NCBI GenBank assembly: GCA_947378095.1 | Contig: CANCIL010000001.1 | Span: forward strand, 1 to 48,626 | Direction: 5' to 3' | From: Betaproteobacteria bacterium | GTDB lineage: Bacteria > Pseudomonadota > Gammaproteobacteria > Burkholderiales > Burkholderiaceae | Length of the DNA: 48,626 bases | Made by a program: the position numbers and the translations under genes | The notes under the pieces: generated by a model | The model's input: the letters and a program-made list of their open reading frames with translations, nothing else | What the model was told of the DNA's origin: nothing | The model's database searches: none | Shown: one piece after another, positions 29,259 to 38,562 of the stretch | Position numbering within the stretch: the first letter of the stretch is position 1 | Layout: the number at the start of each line of letters is the position of its first letter

Positions 29259-29978
29259 ATGCTAACGACTAGCTTGCTACTGGCAGTATTTTTGGGCGCC
29301 TTAGTAAGTGGCTGGCATTGCGCCTTGATGTGCGGAGGGATCGCTGCTGCAATCGAGCGTCCGATCGCCTTAGAGAGCCCATTAAGGCCTAAATCTGAGC
29401 TTTTTTACCTACAACTAGTGATGCACTTAGGTCGTATCACCACCTATACATTATTGGGGGCTATTGCTGCAGGAATTGGAGTGCTTATTTGGCAGCAAAG
29501 CTGGATTCCTATTCAAAGACCGCTCTTTGCTTTTACTGCTCTGATCTTGATTTGGATGGGTATTCGTCTGCTTCGGGCGAGAGATACTCAAGGGCTTGTC
29601 ATGGGTAAGTGGCTTGGATCCAAGATTGCTGCTGTCTGGGCTAAATATTTAGGCGGTATTGCTAGCGGGCCTTCTCGTTGGTTTAGTGGCATGCTCTGGG
29701 GATTGGTACCATGTGGATTGGTTTATAGCGTCTTACCACTTGCTTTTTTATCAGGCGATGTTTGGACTGGTGCTGCGCTGATGTTTGCATTTGGTTTAGG
29801 CACTTTGCCAAACTTACTACTCATCTCTAAATTTTCAGCTGTACTCACTCAGTTTGGCCAGTATCTCTGGGTTCGATATGTAGCTGCCTCATTACTATTG
29901 ATTGCAGGCGGTTTTGGTTTATATCGTGCCTGGGTTTTGCCGGAAGCTTTATTAAAGGGTGGCTTCTGTATTGCTTAA
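29259..29978 (+). CDS. TauE/SafE (DsbD_2) family membrane protein associated with cbb3 biogenesis
   Basis: HCALMCGG, GRITTY, WGLVPCGLVY, FGLGTLP. Confidence 0.88.
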   Translation: MLTTSLLLAVFLGALVSGWHCALMCGGIAAAIERPIALESPLRPKSELFYLQLVMHLGRITTYTLLGAIAAGIGVLIWQQSWIPIQRPLFAFTALILIWMGIRLLRARDTQGLVMGKWLGSKIAAVWAKYLGGIASGPSRWFSGMLWGLVPCGLVYSVLPLAFLSGDVWTGAALMFAFGLGTLPNLLLISKFSAVLTQFGQYLWVRYVAASLLLIAGGFGLYRAWVLPEALLKGGFCIA

Positions 29979-29988
29979 GCTAATGAGC

Positions 29989-31617
29989 TTAATGGCAAGT
30001 GGCCGTTTCTATTCCGCTATAGAGATCAGCGTAGAAAGAATCCTTAGGAAGAATTTCTAAAAAGCCGCTACGTTGCGCCATTTCTAAAGGCTGATGATCA
30101 AGTCCACAAATAATCAAATTAATATTGCGAATCTTACATAGGTGCGCAAGCTCCATGATGGTTTCCATGCCGGAGGTATCGACATAAATCACATTCTTAA
30201 AATCTAATAAGAGCGTTTGAGTAGGTAAATTTTCCTCAATCTTTTCAAGCAGTTTTACCGCTCCGAAAAAGACCGCGCCATATATACGATAAGCATCAAT
30301 ACGGCCTTGTAGATTATTTAATGCCGCAAAATCCTTCCCTTCGGCACGCTCGCATCGTGAGAGGCTGGAGATCCGATAAATAAAGGTAATGAATGCGAGC
30401 AATAGTCCAACCTGTACTGCCACTGTTAAATCCAGAATGACTGTTAGGAGAAATACACTTAGGATCGTAATACGATAGGGCAGACGAAATTGTTTGAGAT
30501 CGATAAACTTTTTCCATTCACCCATATTCCAGGCAACGTACATTAATATCGCTGCGAGGCTGGCTAGTGGAATGCTTTTAGCTAAGGGTGCTGCAAATAA
30601 CACAATGATGAGTAATGTAAATGCATGCACTATCCCTGCGATAGGCGTGCTGCCGCCACTTTCAACGTTGGTTACTGTGCGAGCAATTGTTCCAGTTGCG
30701 GGCATGCCGCCAAAAAAAGGCGTTACTACATTGGCCACACCTTGTGCCATAAGTTCTTGATTGGAATCGTGTCGGTCATGGATTAAACCATCAGCGATAC
30801 GCGCGCAGAGCAAGGATTCTATTGCACCCAGTAAAGCCAGGGTAAGCGCCGGCATCACCATAAATTGAGCGGTGTCCCAGCTAATGGGGAACCATTCAAA
30901 GTGAGGTAGGCCTGAGGGGACCCCACCAAAGCGACTTCCAATAGTGTCAACTGGAAGATTGAATAGTGCGGTCGCAAGCGTCGCCAGAATCATCGCAACT
31001 ACAGTGCCCGGAATATGTGACAGCCAACCGAGGCGATGTCGAGAAATTCTCCAGAGAATGAGAATAGCAAGGCTGGCGCAAGCGAGGATCAGAGCTACTG
31101 GATTAAAGCTACCAGCAGCTTGATATAAAGCTTGAACCGCTTGAAAAAATTGGGCGGGCATTTTTTCAATTTGGAGGCCAAAGAAATCCTTGATCTGCGA
31201 TAAGCCAATTAAAAAGGCAATGCCATTCGTAAATCCAATAATGACGGCAATCGGTATGAAGCGCACCAAAGTACCAAGACGAAAGACGCCCATCAAGAAT
31301 AGAAACACACCAGACATGGCAGTTGCTAATAAGAGATTGGGTACGCCATAGCGCTCAACAATCCCATACACAATCACAATAAATGCGCCTGCAGGCCCGC
31401 CAATTTGAACTCGGCTTCCGCCTAATAGGGAGATGAGTCCACCCGCCAGAATGGCAGTAAATATGCCGGCTTCAGGCTTCAGTCCGCTGGCGATCGCAAA
31501 TGCCATTGCGAGGGGCAGTGCCACAATCCCAACGGTAAGACCCGCAAAGACATCCTTCGCAAATAATTTGCGGTTATAGCCTTTGAATGTGTCTAATATT
31601 TTGGGATGAAAAAACAT
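29989..31617 (-). CDS. SulP family anion permease with STAS domain
   Basis: AGLTVGIVALPLAMAF, GGSRVQIGGPAGAF, ESLL.A, NQEL..QG, D.SG STAS motif. Confidence 0.95.
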   Translation of the reverse strand: MFFHPKILDTFKGYNRKLFAKDVFAGLTVGIVALPLAMAFAIASGLKPEAGIFTAILAGGLISLLGGSRVQIGGPAGAFIVIVYGIVERYGVPNLLLATAMSGVFLFLMGVFRLGTLVRFIPIAVIIGFTNGIAFLIGLSQIKDFFGLQIEKMPAQFFQAVQALYQAAGSFNPVALILACASLAILILWRISRHRLGWLSHIPGTVVAMILATLATALFNLPVDTIGSRFGGVPSGLPHFEWFPISWDTAQFMVMPALTLALLGAIESLLCARIADGLIHDRHDSNQELMAQGVANVVTPFFGGMPATGTIARTVTNVESGGSTPIAGIVHAFTLLIIVLFAAPLAKSIPLASLAAILMYVAWNMGEWKKFIDLKQFRLPYRITILSVFLLTVILDLTVAVQVGLLLAFITFIYRISSLSRCERAEGKDFAALNNLQGRIDAYRIYGAVFFGAVKLLEKIEENLPTQTLLLDFKNVIYVDTSGMETIMELAHLCKIRNINLIICGLDHQPLEMAQRSGFLEILPKDSFYADLYSGIETATCH

Positions 31618-31648
31618 GAATAGAATTTAATCAACGATGAAAACCCGA

Positions 31649-32050
31649 TCAGGAAATTCGGTTACCGACCCAGTAAGCAAAGCCTGCAGTCACTGCGGTT
31701 ACTGCACTTCCCCAGGCCATGTCAATAAAGGCCAGTCGAGTTGGAAAATCTCGGATGACAGAAAGATTGGTTAAGTCATAGGTCATGTAACAAAAGAAAC
31801 CAAATAGCGCTCCATATTGCACTGCATATAGCAAAGATTGCTTAGAGAGCGCAGGAACCGTTACAAAAATCGTCACCCCAAGCGCGTAAAGTGCATAAAA
31901 AGCAAGGCCGGCCAAGAGCTTAGGTTCGGTAGCCATCAGACTTCCCATTTCTTGCTGGTAGAGGTTCTTGGCGATGCCAAGCAGCCAGATGAGGTCGATG
32001 GTGATTAGCGTAATCAGAAACGAAAGATAGACCACTAAATACTTGAGCAT
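31649..32050 (-). CDS. DUF2177 family membrane protein
   Basis: D..WL...A...Y...MG.L, GALFG...Y.TYDLTNL, D.AWG. Confidence 0.85.
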   Translation of the reverse strand: MLKYLVVYLSFLITLITIDLIWLLGIAKNLYQQEMGSLMATEPKLLAGLAFYALYALGVTIFVTVPALSKQSLLYAVQYGALFGFFCYMTYDLTNLSVIRDFPTRLAFIDMAWGSAVTAVTAGFAYWVGNRIS

Positions 32051-32138
32051 TTAATTCATCCTTTTGTGCTTTGTTACATGAATAATAAGCATTATGATGT
32101 AAAGACTAGATTAGTAGTTCAATTTAAGGGGAGTCGAT

Positions 32139-32579
32139 ATGTTTAAGCATTTATTGGTGCCAGTAGACGGTTCAGATGTCAGTAAAAAAGCCCTCAAAAA
32201 AGTGGCTCAACTTGCTAGTGCGGATAAAGCCGCAGTGACTTTGGTTTATGTCTCTGATCCTCTGCCTCCTACGGTGTATTCCGATAGCACAATGGGCTAT
32301 GGCATTACGCAAAAGGATCATCAGAAGGTTTGTGCTGCCTATGCACAAGACGTATTTAAGAAGGCTGCCACTGCATTGGGTTCAAGCGTTAAGGCAAAAT
32401 CCTTACATGTTTCTAACACCAATTTATCTGCAGGTATTTTAGATGCTGCTAAGAAAGCAAAAGCAGATGTCATCGTGATGGCCTCACATAAGCGGACTGG
32501 TATCAAGGGATTATTGCTTGGTAGCGAAACACACGAAGTGATCGTACATTCAACTTTGCCAGTATTGGTACTCGGTTAA
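32139..32579 (+). CDS. Universal stress protein
   Basis: FKHLLVPVDGS, DVIVMASH...G..GLLLGSET..V. Confidence 0.93.
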   Translation: MFKHLLVPVDGSDVSKKALKKVAQLASADKAAVTLVYVSDPLPPTVYSDSTMGYGITQKDHQKVCAAYAQDVFKKAATALGSSVKAKSLHVSNTNLSAGILDAAKKAKADVIVMASHKRTGIKGLLLGSETHEVIVHSTLPVLVLG

Positions 32580-32596
32580 GTTTTTTTGCTTTGATC

Positions 32597-32622
32597 AAAA
32601 GGGTCCTTTTGGACCCTTTTTT
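32597..32622. terminator. Bidirectional terminator between usp and the M23 gene
   Basis: AAAAGGGTCC-TTTT-GGACCCTTTT. Confidence 0.88.
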
Positions 32623-32643
32623 ATTGCCATTTTCTAATCAGTA

Positions 32644-34086
32644 TTAATTTTTGACTGGACTACCAAATAGCAGAATCTCTCGGGTGAGTTGGCCGCTTTC
32701 GTTATCGCGCATGGACCATAAATCGAGTTGAGTTTTCGCACCATACGGATCGACATAGATTCCATTTTTTCTTAACTCAAAATGAAGGTGGGGACCTGTC
32801 GATCTTCCTGTAGATCCGACATAACCAATCTCAAATCCTCGGCGCACTTCATTGCCTAACTCGAGCTCAACGTTGTAGTTACTTAAATGCGCATAATAGG
32901 TATGGTAATTTCCAGGATGTTCAATCACGATCAAATTACCGAACGCACCATTGAATCCTAAATGCACCACCTTGCCATTGGCTACGCTGAAGATGGGGGT
33001 GCCAGTAGGCGCTGCATAGTCGATACCCATATGAGTACGATAGCGTTGTTTTGGTGGGGCAGCTGGAGTAGCGGTGGTAGTCGGTGTATTGCTAGCAGGA
33101 CGTTTGCTGGAAGCTCTCACGCTACCGACACCACGAGAGATGCGACGATAGCTGAGGGGATTAGTCCAAAAAGAGCGTTCTAGAGATTCTCCACTACCGG
33201 TAAAGAATCCACCTGGGATATCGCTTCGCTCAACCCAATATGCGTTAGCAAAAACTTCTTTACCCGACGGGTCAATAATTTCTACTGCCCAAATTTGAGC
33301 CCAGCGCTCCCGATCACCAAAGTCCACAATCATGCGTACAACGCTATTGGTATTTTCAAGAGAGTTATTTTCTTCAGGATAAATTTGCTTGATGATGGAA
33401 TTTAATTCCCAAACTAGTTCGACGGGTAGCTTATCGTTGACTTTAGCGGGGTCATACAAAACTTCTCGCAATGGCATCCGAATTTCACTCAGATTTTTAG
33501 ATTCGTTCCTGAGGTAATCTTGCTGTACTAAAAATCCACCAAAGGCTGAGGGTGTAAAAGTCCATACTTCAGTTCGTGCATCTTGAATAGGGCCATTCAT
33601 GATGCTCAAGGAATCAAAGCGATTACGACTTCCGAAGGCAACGGCATAGGGAATACAATCACCACGCATTCGATCAAAGAAAGTCTTTGTTTGATTCTTA
33701 AAAAATTCAGAAAATGCCCGATTCTCAATCCCGATGCTGGCAGGTAGATTGTCCTCATTCAGATTTCTTCTTAGGCAACCTTGACTAATACGGTAGTCCA
33801 GGTTGCCCACACTATCAAGGACCAACTCATCCGGATCTTTGCGCTGGAATAGGGCCGGATTCAAGCTATTCGATTTTGAATTGCTATTTCCCGCGGTGTC
33901 TTTAAAGCCACGCTGTCCAGAGCTTTGAATAATAACTTTTTGGGTGCCTTGAGGCGTCTTTTGGATTTGCCTAGTTTGGGCTAAGGCAGCCGGAGAGAGT
34001 CCCAATGTCAGGCTGAGTAGGGCACAGCCAAATAAGGAGAGGGCCCACACAGAAACTGAGGTGGATGGAGATACTTTTCTATTCAC
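32644..34086 (-). CDS. Exported M23 family metallopeptidase (peptidoglycan endopeptidase-like)
   Basis: HMGIDY (HxxxD), YAHLS, GSTGRSTGPHLHFE (HxH); N-terminal signal peptide. Confidence 0.9.
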   Translation of the reverse strand: MNRKVSPSTSVSVWALSLFGCALLSLTLGLSPAALAQTRQIQKTPQGTQKVIIQSSGQRGFKDTAGNSNSKSNSLNPALFQRKDPDELVLDSVGNLDYRISQGCLRRNLNEDNLPASIGIENRAFSEFFKNQTKTFFDRMRGDCIPYAVAFGSRNRFDSLSIMNGPIQDARTEVWTFTPSAFGGFLVQQDYLRNESKNLSEIRMPLREVLYDPAKVNDKLPVELVWELNSIIKQIYPEENNSLENTNSVVRMIVDFGDRERWAQIWAVEIIDPSGKEVFANAYWVERSDIPGGFFTGSGESLERSFWTNPLSYRRISRGVGSVRASSKRPASNTPTTTATPAAPPKQRYRTHMGIDYAAPTGTPIFSVANGKVVHLGFNGAFGNLIVIEHPGNYHTYYAHLSNYNVELELGNEVRRGFEIGYVGSTGRSTGPHLHFELRKNGIYVDPYGAKTQLDLWSMRDNESGQLTREILLFGSPVKN

Positions 34087-34260
34087 AGCGACATTATCTA
34101 ATAATGTGCGAGCTTAGTCTGAGATTTATGTTGTGCTGCAACAAATCCGTCATATTTACTAAATCTTATTTAAATATGAGATTGCCCATTTAGGCGCATG
34201 AAAGGCTTCCGCTTCAAATACCAATAATCGATACAATATTTTTTTAATTAAGGAGTTCAG

Positions 34261-35394
34261 ATGCCTATTATTCAGTCCGTGCAAGTTGCCTCTGTGGCAG
34301 TCCCATTGGATAAAGTAACCTCATTTTCTACTCGTACGGTATCAGAGCGTCACTACTGTTTAGTAAAAGTAACTAGCAAGGATGGTCAGGAAGGTATTGG
34401 ATTTTGTTATGTCGGAAGCGCTGGTGGAGATATCGCCAAGGTCGCCGTAGAGCAATTATTGGCTCCTAAATTAATTGGTCAAAATAGCCACCGCAGTGAA
34501 GGACTTTGGATGGATATGTATAACGAATCCATCTTGCAAGGGCGCGCTGGTGCTGTGATGCGCGGTATATCTATTTTAGATACTGCCCTTTGGGACTTAA
34601 ATGCTCGCTCAGTAGGCTTGCCTTTGCATCATTATCTTGGGGCGGTTGTAGAGGATCGCGTTCCTGCTTATGCCAGTGGTGGTTACTATCTCGATGGTAA
34701 GACGCCAGCTAAGTTAGGTAAAGAAATGGAGTCCTATGTAAAGCAGGGCTTTAAAGCAGTGAAAATGAAAGTGGGTCGCCTATCTCCATCTGAAGAGGAG
34801 GCACGCGTTAAGGCGGCTCGCAAGGCGATTGGTGAAGATATTCTATTAACCCTGGATGCAAATAACGCCTGGCGTGATTTACCTACTGCGCTTGAGTATG
34901 TTCGTCGTTTCGAGGCCTACAACCCGTATTGGATAGAAGAGCCTTTTTCGCCAGATGCGATTGATTTGCATGCGGCATTAGCTCGTCAAACCAAAATCAA
35001 TGTAGCTACCGGCGAAATGGAGGCCGGACGCTGGCGCTTTAGAGAGTTGATCGATGCTGGCGGCGCCGCCATTTTGCAATCAGATGCGGCAGTATGCGGT
35101 GGCATTACAGAATGGCGACGCATATCTGCTTATGCAGATTTAAAAGGCGTTACTGTTTGTCCTCATTGGATGCATGATCTGCATGCGCCTCTAGTAGCTG
35201 CTACACCTAATGCGCGCTTTGTAGAGTTTTTCTTAGATGATCAAGTCTTAAATTTCCGTAGATTAATTAATAAACAATTAACCTTTAAAAATGGTGATCT
35301 GATTTTGCACAAAACCCCTGGACTTGGATTTGAGTTCGACGAAGCCGCAGTGAAAAAATATGCAGGCAAAGCGGCTTGGAGCAAGATAGTCTAA
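34261..35394 (+). CDS. Enolase superfamily, mandelate racemase-subgroup enzyme
   Basis: KMK (KxK), LDAN / IEEP / TGE metal ligands, QSD...CPH dyad, PGLG; AAGGAG RBS. Confidence 0.92.
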   Translation: MPIIQSVQVASVAVPLDKVTSFSTRTVSERHYCLVKVTSKDGQEGIGFCYVGSAGGDIAKVAVEQLLAPKLIGQNSHRSEGLWMDMYNESILQGRAGAVMRGISILDTALWDLNARSVGLPLHHYLGAVVEDRVPAYASGGYYLDGKTPAKLGKEMESYVKQGFKAVKMKVGRLSPSEEEARVKAARKAIGEDILLTLDANNAWRDLPTALEYVRRFEAYNPYWIEEPFSPDAIDLHAALARQTKINVATGEMEAGRWRFRELIDAGGAAILQSDAAVCGGITEWRRISAYADLKGVTVCPHWMHDLHAPLVAATPNARFVEFFLDDQVLNFRRLINKQLTFKNGDLILHKTPGLGFEFDEAAVKKYAGKAAWSKIV

Positions 35395-35433
35395 GTTGAC
35401 TTCCGTAGAATGATCCCAGATGGCTGAGATCGA

Positions 35434-35467
35434 AACAATAAAGCCCGCATCTGCGGGCTTTATTGTT
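35434..35467. terminator. Bidirectional terminator
   Basis: 16-bp perfect inverted repeat AACAATAAAGCCCGCA-TC-TGCGGGCTTTATTGTT between convergent genes. Confidence 0.88.
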
Positions 35468-35497
35468 AGTGCTTATTCAGTGCTTCATCATTTCAAT

Positions 35498-37510
35498 TTA
35501 AGAAGATTTAGGATTCAACTTGAAATGGGTAATTGATTGTGTGATGAGAACCAAAGCGAAGCCAATAAAGCCAATCAGATCAGCTTCAGTAGAAGGATAG
35601 GCTAAAGCTACTCCGGAGATCACCATAATCACGCGCTCAAAAACTTTGGTCTTTTCAATAAACCAACCTTGTAAGCCGCCTGCTAAGCAAATAATGCCAA
35701 CGACTGCTGTAAATGAGATCCAAGCAATCTGCATCCAGTCGGCTTGTTCTAAGGCATTCGTTGAGCCCATGAGCAATAGACTTACGCCAGACTTATCAAG
35801 GACAAACATAAATGGCACTAAAATTGCTGGCGCTACATATTTCCAAGTTTGCAATGTAGTTTTGTAGGGGTTACCTTTACAAATAGCCGCCGCCGCAAAA
35901 GGCGATAGCGCTGTCGGAGGTGATACCTCAGAGAGAACAGCGTAATAGAAGATAAACATATGCGCTGCAAATGCAGGTACACCCAAGTTAATCAGTGCGG
36001 GCGCGGCGATCACAGCACAAATAATATAAGAGGCGGTGACCGGCACTGCAAGGCCAACAATCCAGACAATCAATGCGGTAAAGATAGCGGTTAGCAGTAA
36101 TGAGCCGCCAGCATATTGGATCACGATAGAGCTAAATTTCAGTCCAAGGCCGGTTAGGGTGACGGTGCCTACGATTAAGCCAGCACCAGCGCAAGTTGCG
36201 GCAATAGCCAGCACTCCAGTTGAACCAGATGCTAGCGCCTTAGTTAGGTTGGATTTGTACAGACCAGACAGAATCGGCTCCTTGCCTTTAAACCAGGCCC
36301 AAGGAATGATGGCGGTATCTTCGCGCAACATACTTGAAAACGCTGATACAACGGTAGCCCAGAAGACCGACATCACTGGTGAAAAGCCCATCATCATGAA
36401 GACCACAATCGAGATGAGGGAGAAAAAATGAAACCAGTATTTTTTGGTTAATTGCCAGGCGCTCTCTGCTGATGCAAAGTGAATATTTTTCATACCGTAC
36501 TTGCGCACGTCAATTTCAACCATCACAAATAAACCAAGGTAAAACAAAATGGTTGGAATGGTAGCCATTAACAAAACATCCAAATAGGATATTTTGAGGA
36601 AGTCGGCGATCAGGAAGGCTGCAGCACCTAGAACAGGTGGCGAGATGATGGCTCCAAGACCGCCAGCGGCTAGTAAGCCCCCAGCTGCATTTTTTTCGTA
36701 ACCCACTTTTTCTAGCATGGGTGCAGCAACTGAACCTACAGTCACGGTCGTGGCCACACCGGATCCAGAAGGACCACCCATCAAGAATGAGGACAGCACA
36801 ATCGTTCTACCAACGCCAGAAGATTTGCCACCCATCGCGGCAAAAGAGAAGTCAATAAAGAATTTGCCAGCGCCAGTAAATTGTAGGAAGGCGCCAAAGA
36901 TAGTAAATAGAATGATGAGGGTGGCCGAAACGTCTACTGCAGTTCCGTAAATACCCTCTAAGGTCATATACATATAACCTACTAGGCGATCTAAACCATA
37001 ACCTTTATGAGTCCATGGTGCAGGCAAGTAATTGCCAAATAATGCATAGAGCAAGAAAAGAACAGTGACGGTCACTAGAACCATGCCGTTGGTTCTTCTC
37101 ACACTTTCGAGAATCAAGAGGATGAGACCAATACCTATCATGACATCGGTTGAGTTTGGAGCTGTATTACGATCGGAGAAGTCATCGCCACCGCTCAGAA
37201 TGTAATAAGCAATGGCTACTGAGCCAATTGCAAAGAGCACATCCCAAAACATGAGGCGATTCTTGAAGCGAGCAGAAATCGGAAAGCTTAAAAAGACTAA
37301 AAATAGAACCAGGCCAACGTGGATCACGCGCAATTGCTGTGTTGGCACGATTGAATAGGCTGCATATAGATGAAATAAAGACATGCCTACGGCAACTAAT
37401 GTGATGAACTTAGCTAAAAGACCCTTGTAATCATTTGAGTCTCCTTCCTCCTGCTTAATGAAGGCATCTAATTTTTCTTGGGTTTCGTTATCAATTGCGT
37501 TTTGGTTCAT
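35498..37510 (-). CDS. TRAP transporter fused permease (TAXI-type 4TM/12TM)
   Basis: EGIYG.AV.VSA..I.LF.IFGA, PPVLGAAAFLIA, AAHMFIFYYAVLSEVSPP; start at ATG 37510 or TTG 37516. Confidence 0.93.
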   Translation of the reverse strand: MNQNAIDNETQEKLDAFIKQEEGDSNDYKGLLAKFITLVAVGMSLFHLYAAYSIVPTQQLRVIHVGLVLFLVFLSFPISARFKNRLMFWDVLFAIGSVAIAYYILSGGDDFSDRNTAPNSTDVMIGIGLILLILESVRRTNGMVLVTVTVLFLLYALFGNYLPAPWTHKGYGLDRLVGYMYMTLEGIYGTAVDVSATLIILFTIFGAFLQFTGAGKFFIDFSFAAMGGKSSGVGRTIVLSSFLMGGPSGSGVATTVTVGSVAAPMLEKVGYEKNAAGGLLAAGGLGAIISPPVLGAAAFLIADFLKISYLDVLLMATIPTILFYLGLFVMVEIDVRKYGMKNIHFASAESAWQLTKKYWFHFFSLISIVVFMMMGFSPVMSVFWATVVSAFSSMLREDTAIIPWAWFKGKEPILSGLYKSNLTKALASGSTGVLAIAATCAGAGLIVGTVTLTGLGLKFSSIVIQYAGGSLLLTAIFTALIVWIVGLAVPVTASYIICAVIAAPALINLGVPAFAAHMFIFYYAVLSEVSPPTALSPFAAAAICKGNPYKTTLQTWKYVAPAILVPFMFVLDKSGVSLLLMGSTNALEQADWMQIAWISFTAVVGIICLAGGLQGWFIEKTKVFERVIMVISGVALAYPSTEADLIGFIGFALVLITQSITHFKLNPKSS

Positions 37511-37557
37511 TTCCAACCTATTTGTATTTATATGTTTATTGCTACTGCCTAATGCAG

Positions 37558-37582
37558 AAGGGGTGAGATTAACTCACCCCTT
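37558..37582 (-). other. Intercistronic stem-loop between the TAXI SBP and its permease
   Basis: AAGGGGTGAG-ATTAA-CTCACCCCTT, 10-bp stem; no long U tract on the coding strand. Confidence 0.7.
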
Positions 37583-37588
37583 TATGAC

Positions 37589-38539
37589 TTAATTTACCTT
37601 AATACCTTTTTCTTTAAAGTACTTCAAAGCGCCTGGATGATAAGCGACTGGTGTTGCATTCGCTTTTTGGCTATCTAATTTGATATTGATGAACTCAGCA
37701 TGTGAGCGAACAAGATCAATTTGATTGTCAAAAATAGCCTTGACGATTTTGTAAGCATCTTCGTTAGACATGTTGGCATTCACAACTAATATATTGGCAA
37801 CAGCTGCTACCTTGTTGTCTTTTGCCATACCGCTATAGATTGCTTTTGGAATAACTGTTGGGAAGTAAAGGTTGCCATATTTTTTATTCATAGCGGGTAC
37901 TTCGGCAGCGGTATCCACCATCACAATTTTCATGCCAGGACTGTTTGCAAGATCTGTCACTGCTGCGGTTGGCAAGCCGCCTACCCAGAAGAAGGCGTCA
38001 ATCTTGCGATCCTTTACTGCATTGACAGATTCTGCAACGCTCAAACGCTCACGCTTAACATCCTTGTCTTTATCAAGGCCAGCAGCTTCAAGTAAGCGAA
38101 ATGCCATCACTTCTGTTGCACTTCCTGGGGCGCCAGTACTGATGCGTTTACCTTTTAAATCCTTCATCGTTTTAATACCACTTGATTCTACGGTGGCGAC
38201 GTGCATGAGATTTGGATAAAGAATTAGCAAGGTGCGCAAATCTATCGGCTTATCTTTAAATTTATCGTCACCAACAGAGGCATCTTTAGCGGCATCAGCC
38301 ATCGAGAAGCCAACGTAAGGCTTGCCGGTACCAATTAGCTTTAAGTTGTCTACAGAACCGCCAGTGACTTCAGCGGTAGCTGACATACCAGGCACTTTGC
38401 TTGATAGCATGGCAGCTAAGCCCCCACCCATAGGGTAATAGACCCCACCAGTACCACCGGTAGCAATAGAAATGTTTTGCGCTTGCGCACTAGCCCACAT
38501 AAAGCTCAGGGTAATGGCAATAATTTTGAGTAGTTTCAT
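37589..38539 (-). CDS. TAXI-family TRAP solute-binding protein
   Basis: IATGGTGGVYYPMGG, TGGSVDN, LKGKRISTGAPGSATE, HPGA..YF. Confidence 0.95.
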   Translation of the reverse strand: MKLLKIIAITLSFMWASAQAQNISIATGGTGGVYYPMGGGLAAMLSSKVPGMSATAEVTGGSVDNLKLIGTGKPYVGFSMADAAKDASVGDDKFKDKPIDLRTLLILYPNLMHVATVESSGIKTMKDLKGKRISTGAPGSATEVMAFRLLEAAGLDKDKDVKRERLSVAESVNAVKDRKIDAFFWVGGLPTAAVTDLANSPGMKIVMVDTAAEVPAMNKKYGNLYFPTVIPKAIYSGMAKDNKVAAVANILVVNANMSNEDAYKIVKAIFDNQIDLVRSHAEFINIKLDSQKANATPVAYHPGALKYFKEKGIKVN

Positions 38540-38562
38540 GTTGTCTCCTATCTATTTTTTAA

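Noticed and set aside
31621-31634. Partial FNR box upstream of SulP
   Set aside because: Second half-site has two mismatches and it abuts the start codon
35395-35433. Imperfect hairpin before the terminator as a small RNA
   Set aside because: Weak stem and no convincing promoter; unsupported without expression data
35646-38219. Several plus-strand ORFs antisense to the TRAP genes, and similar ORFs opposite ccmF, the MFS genes and SulP
   Set aside because: Codon-mirrored shadow frames of hydrophobic genes; no independent support
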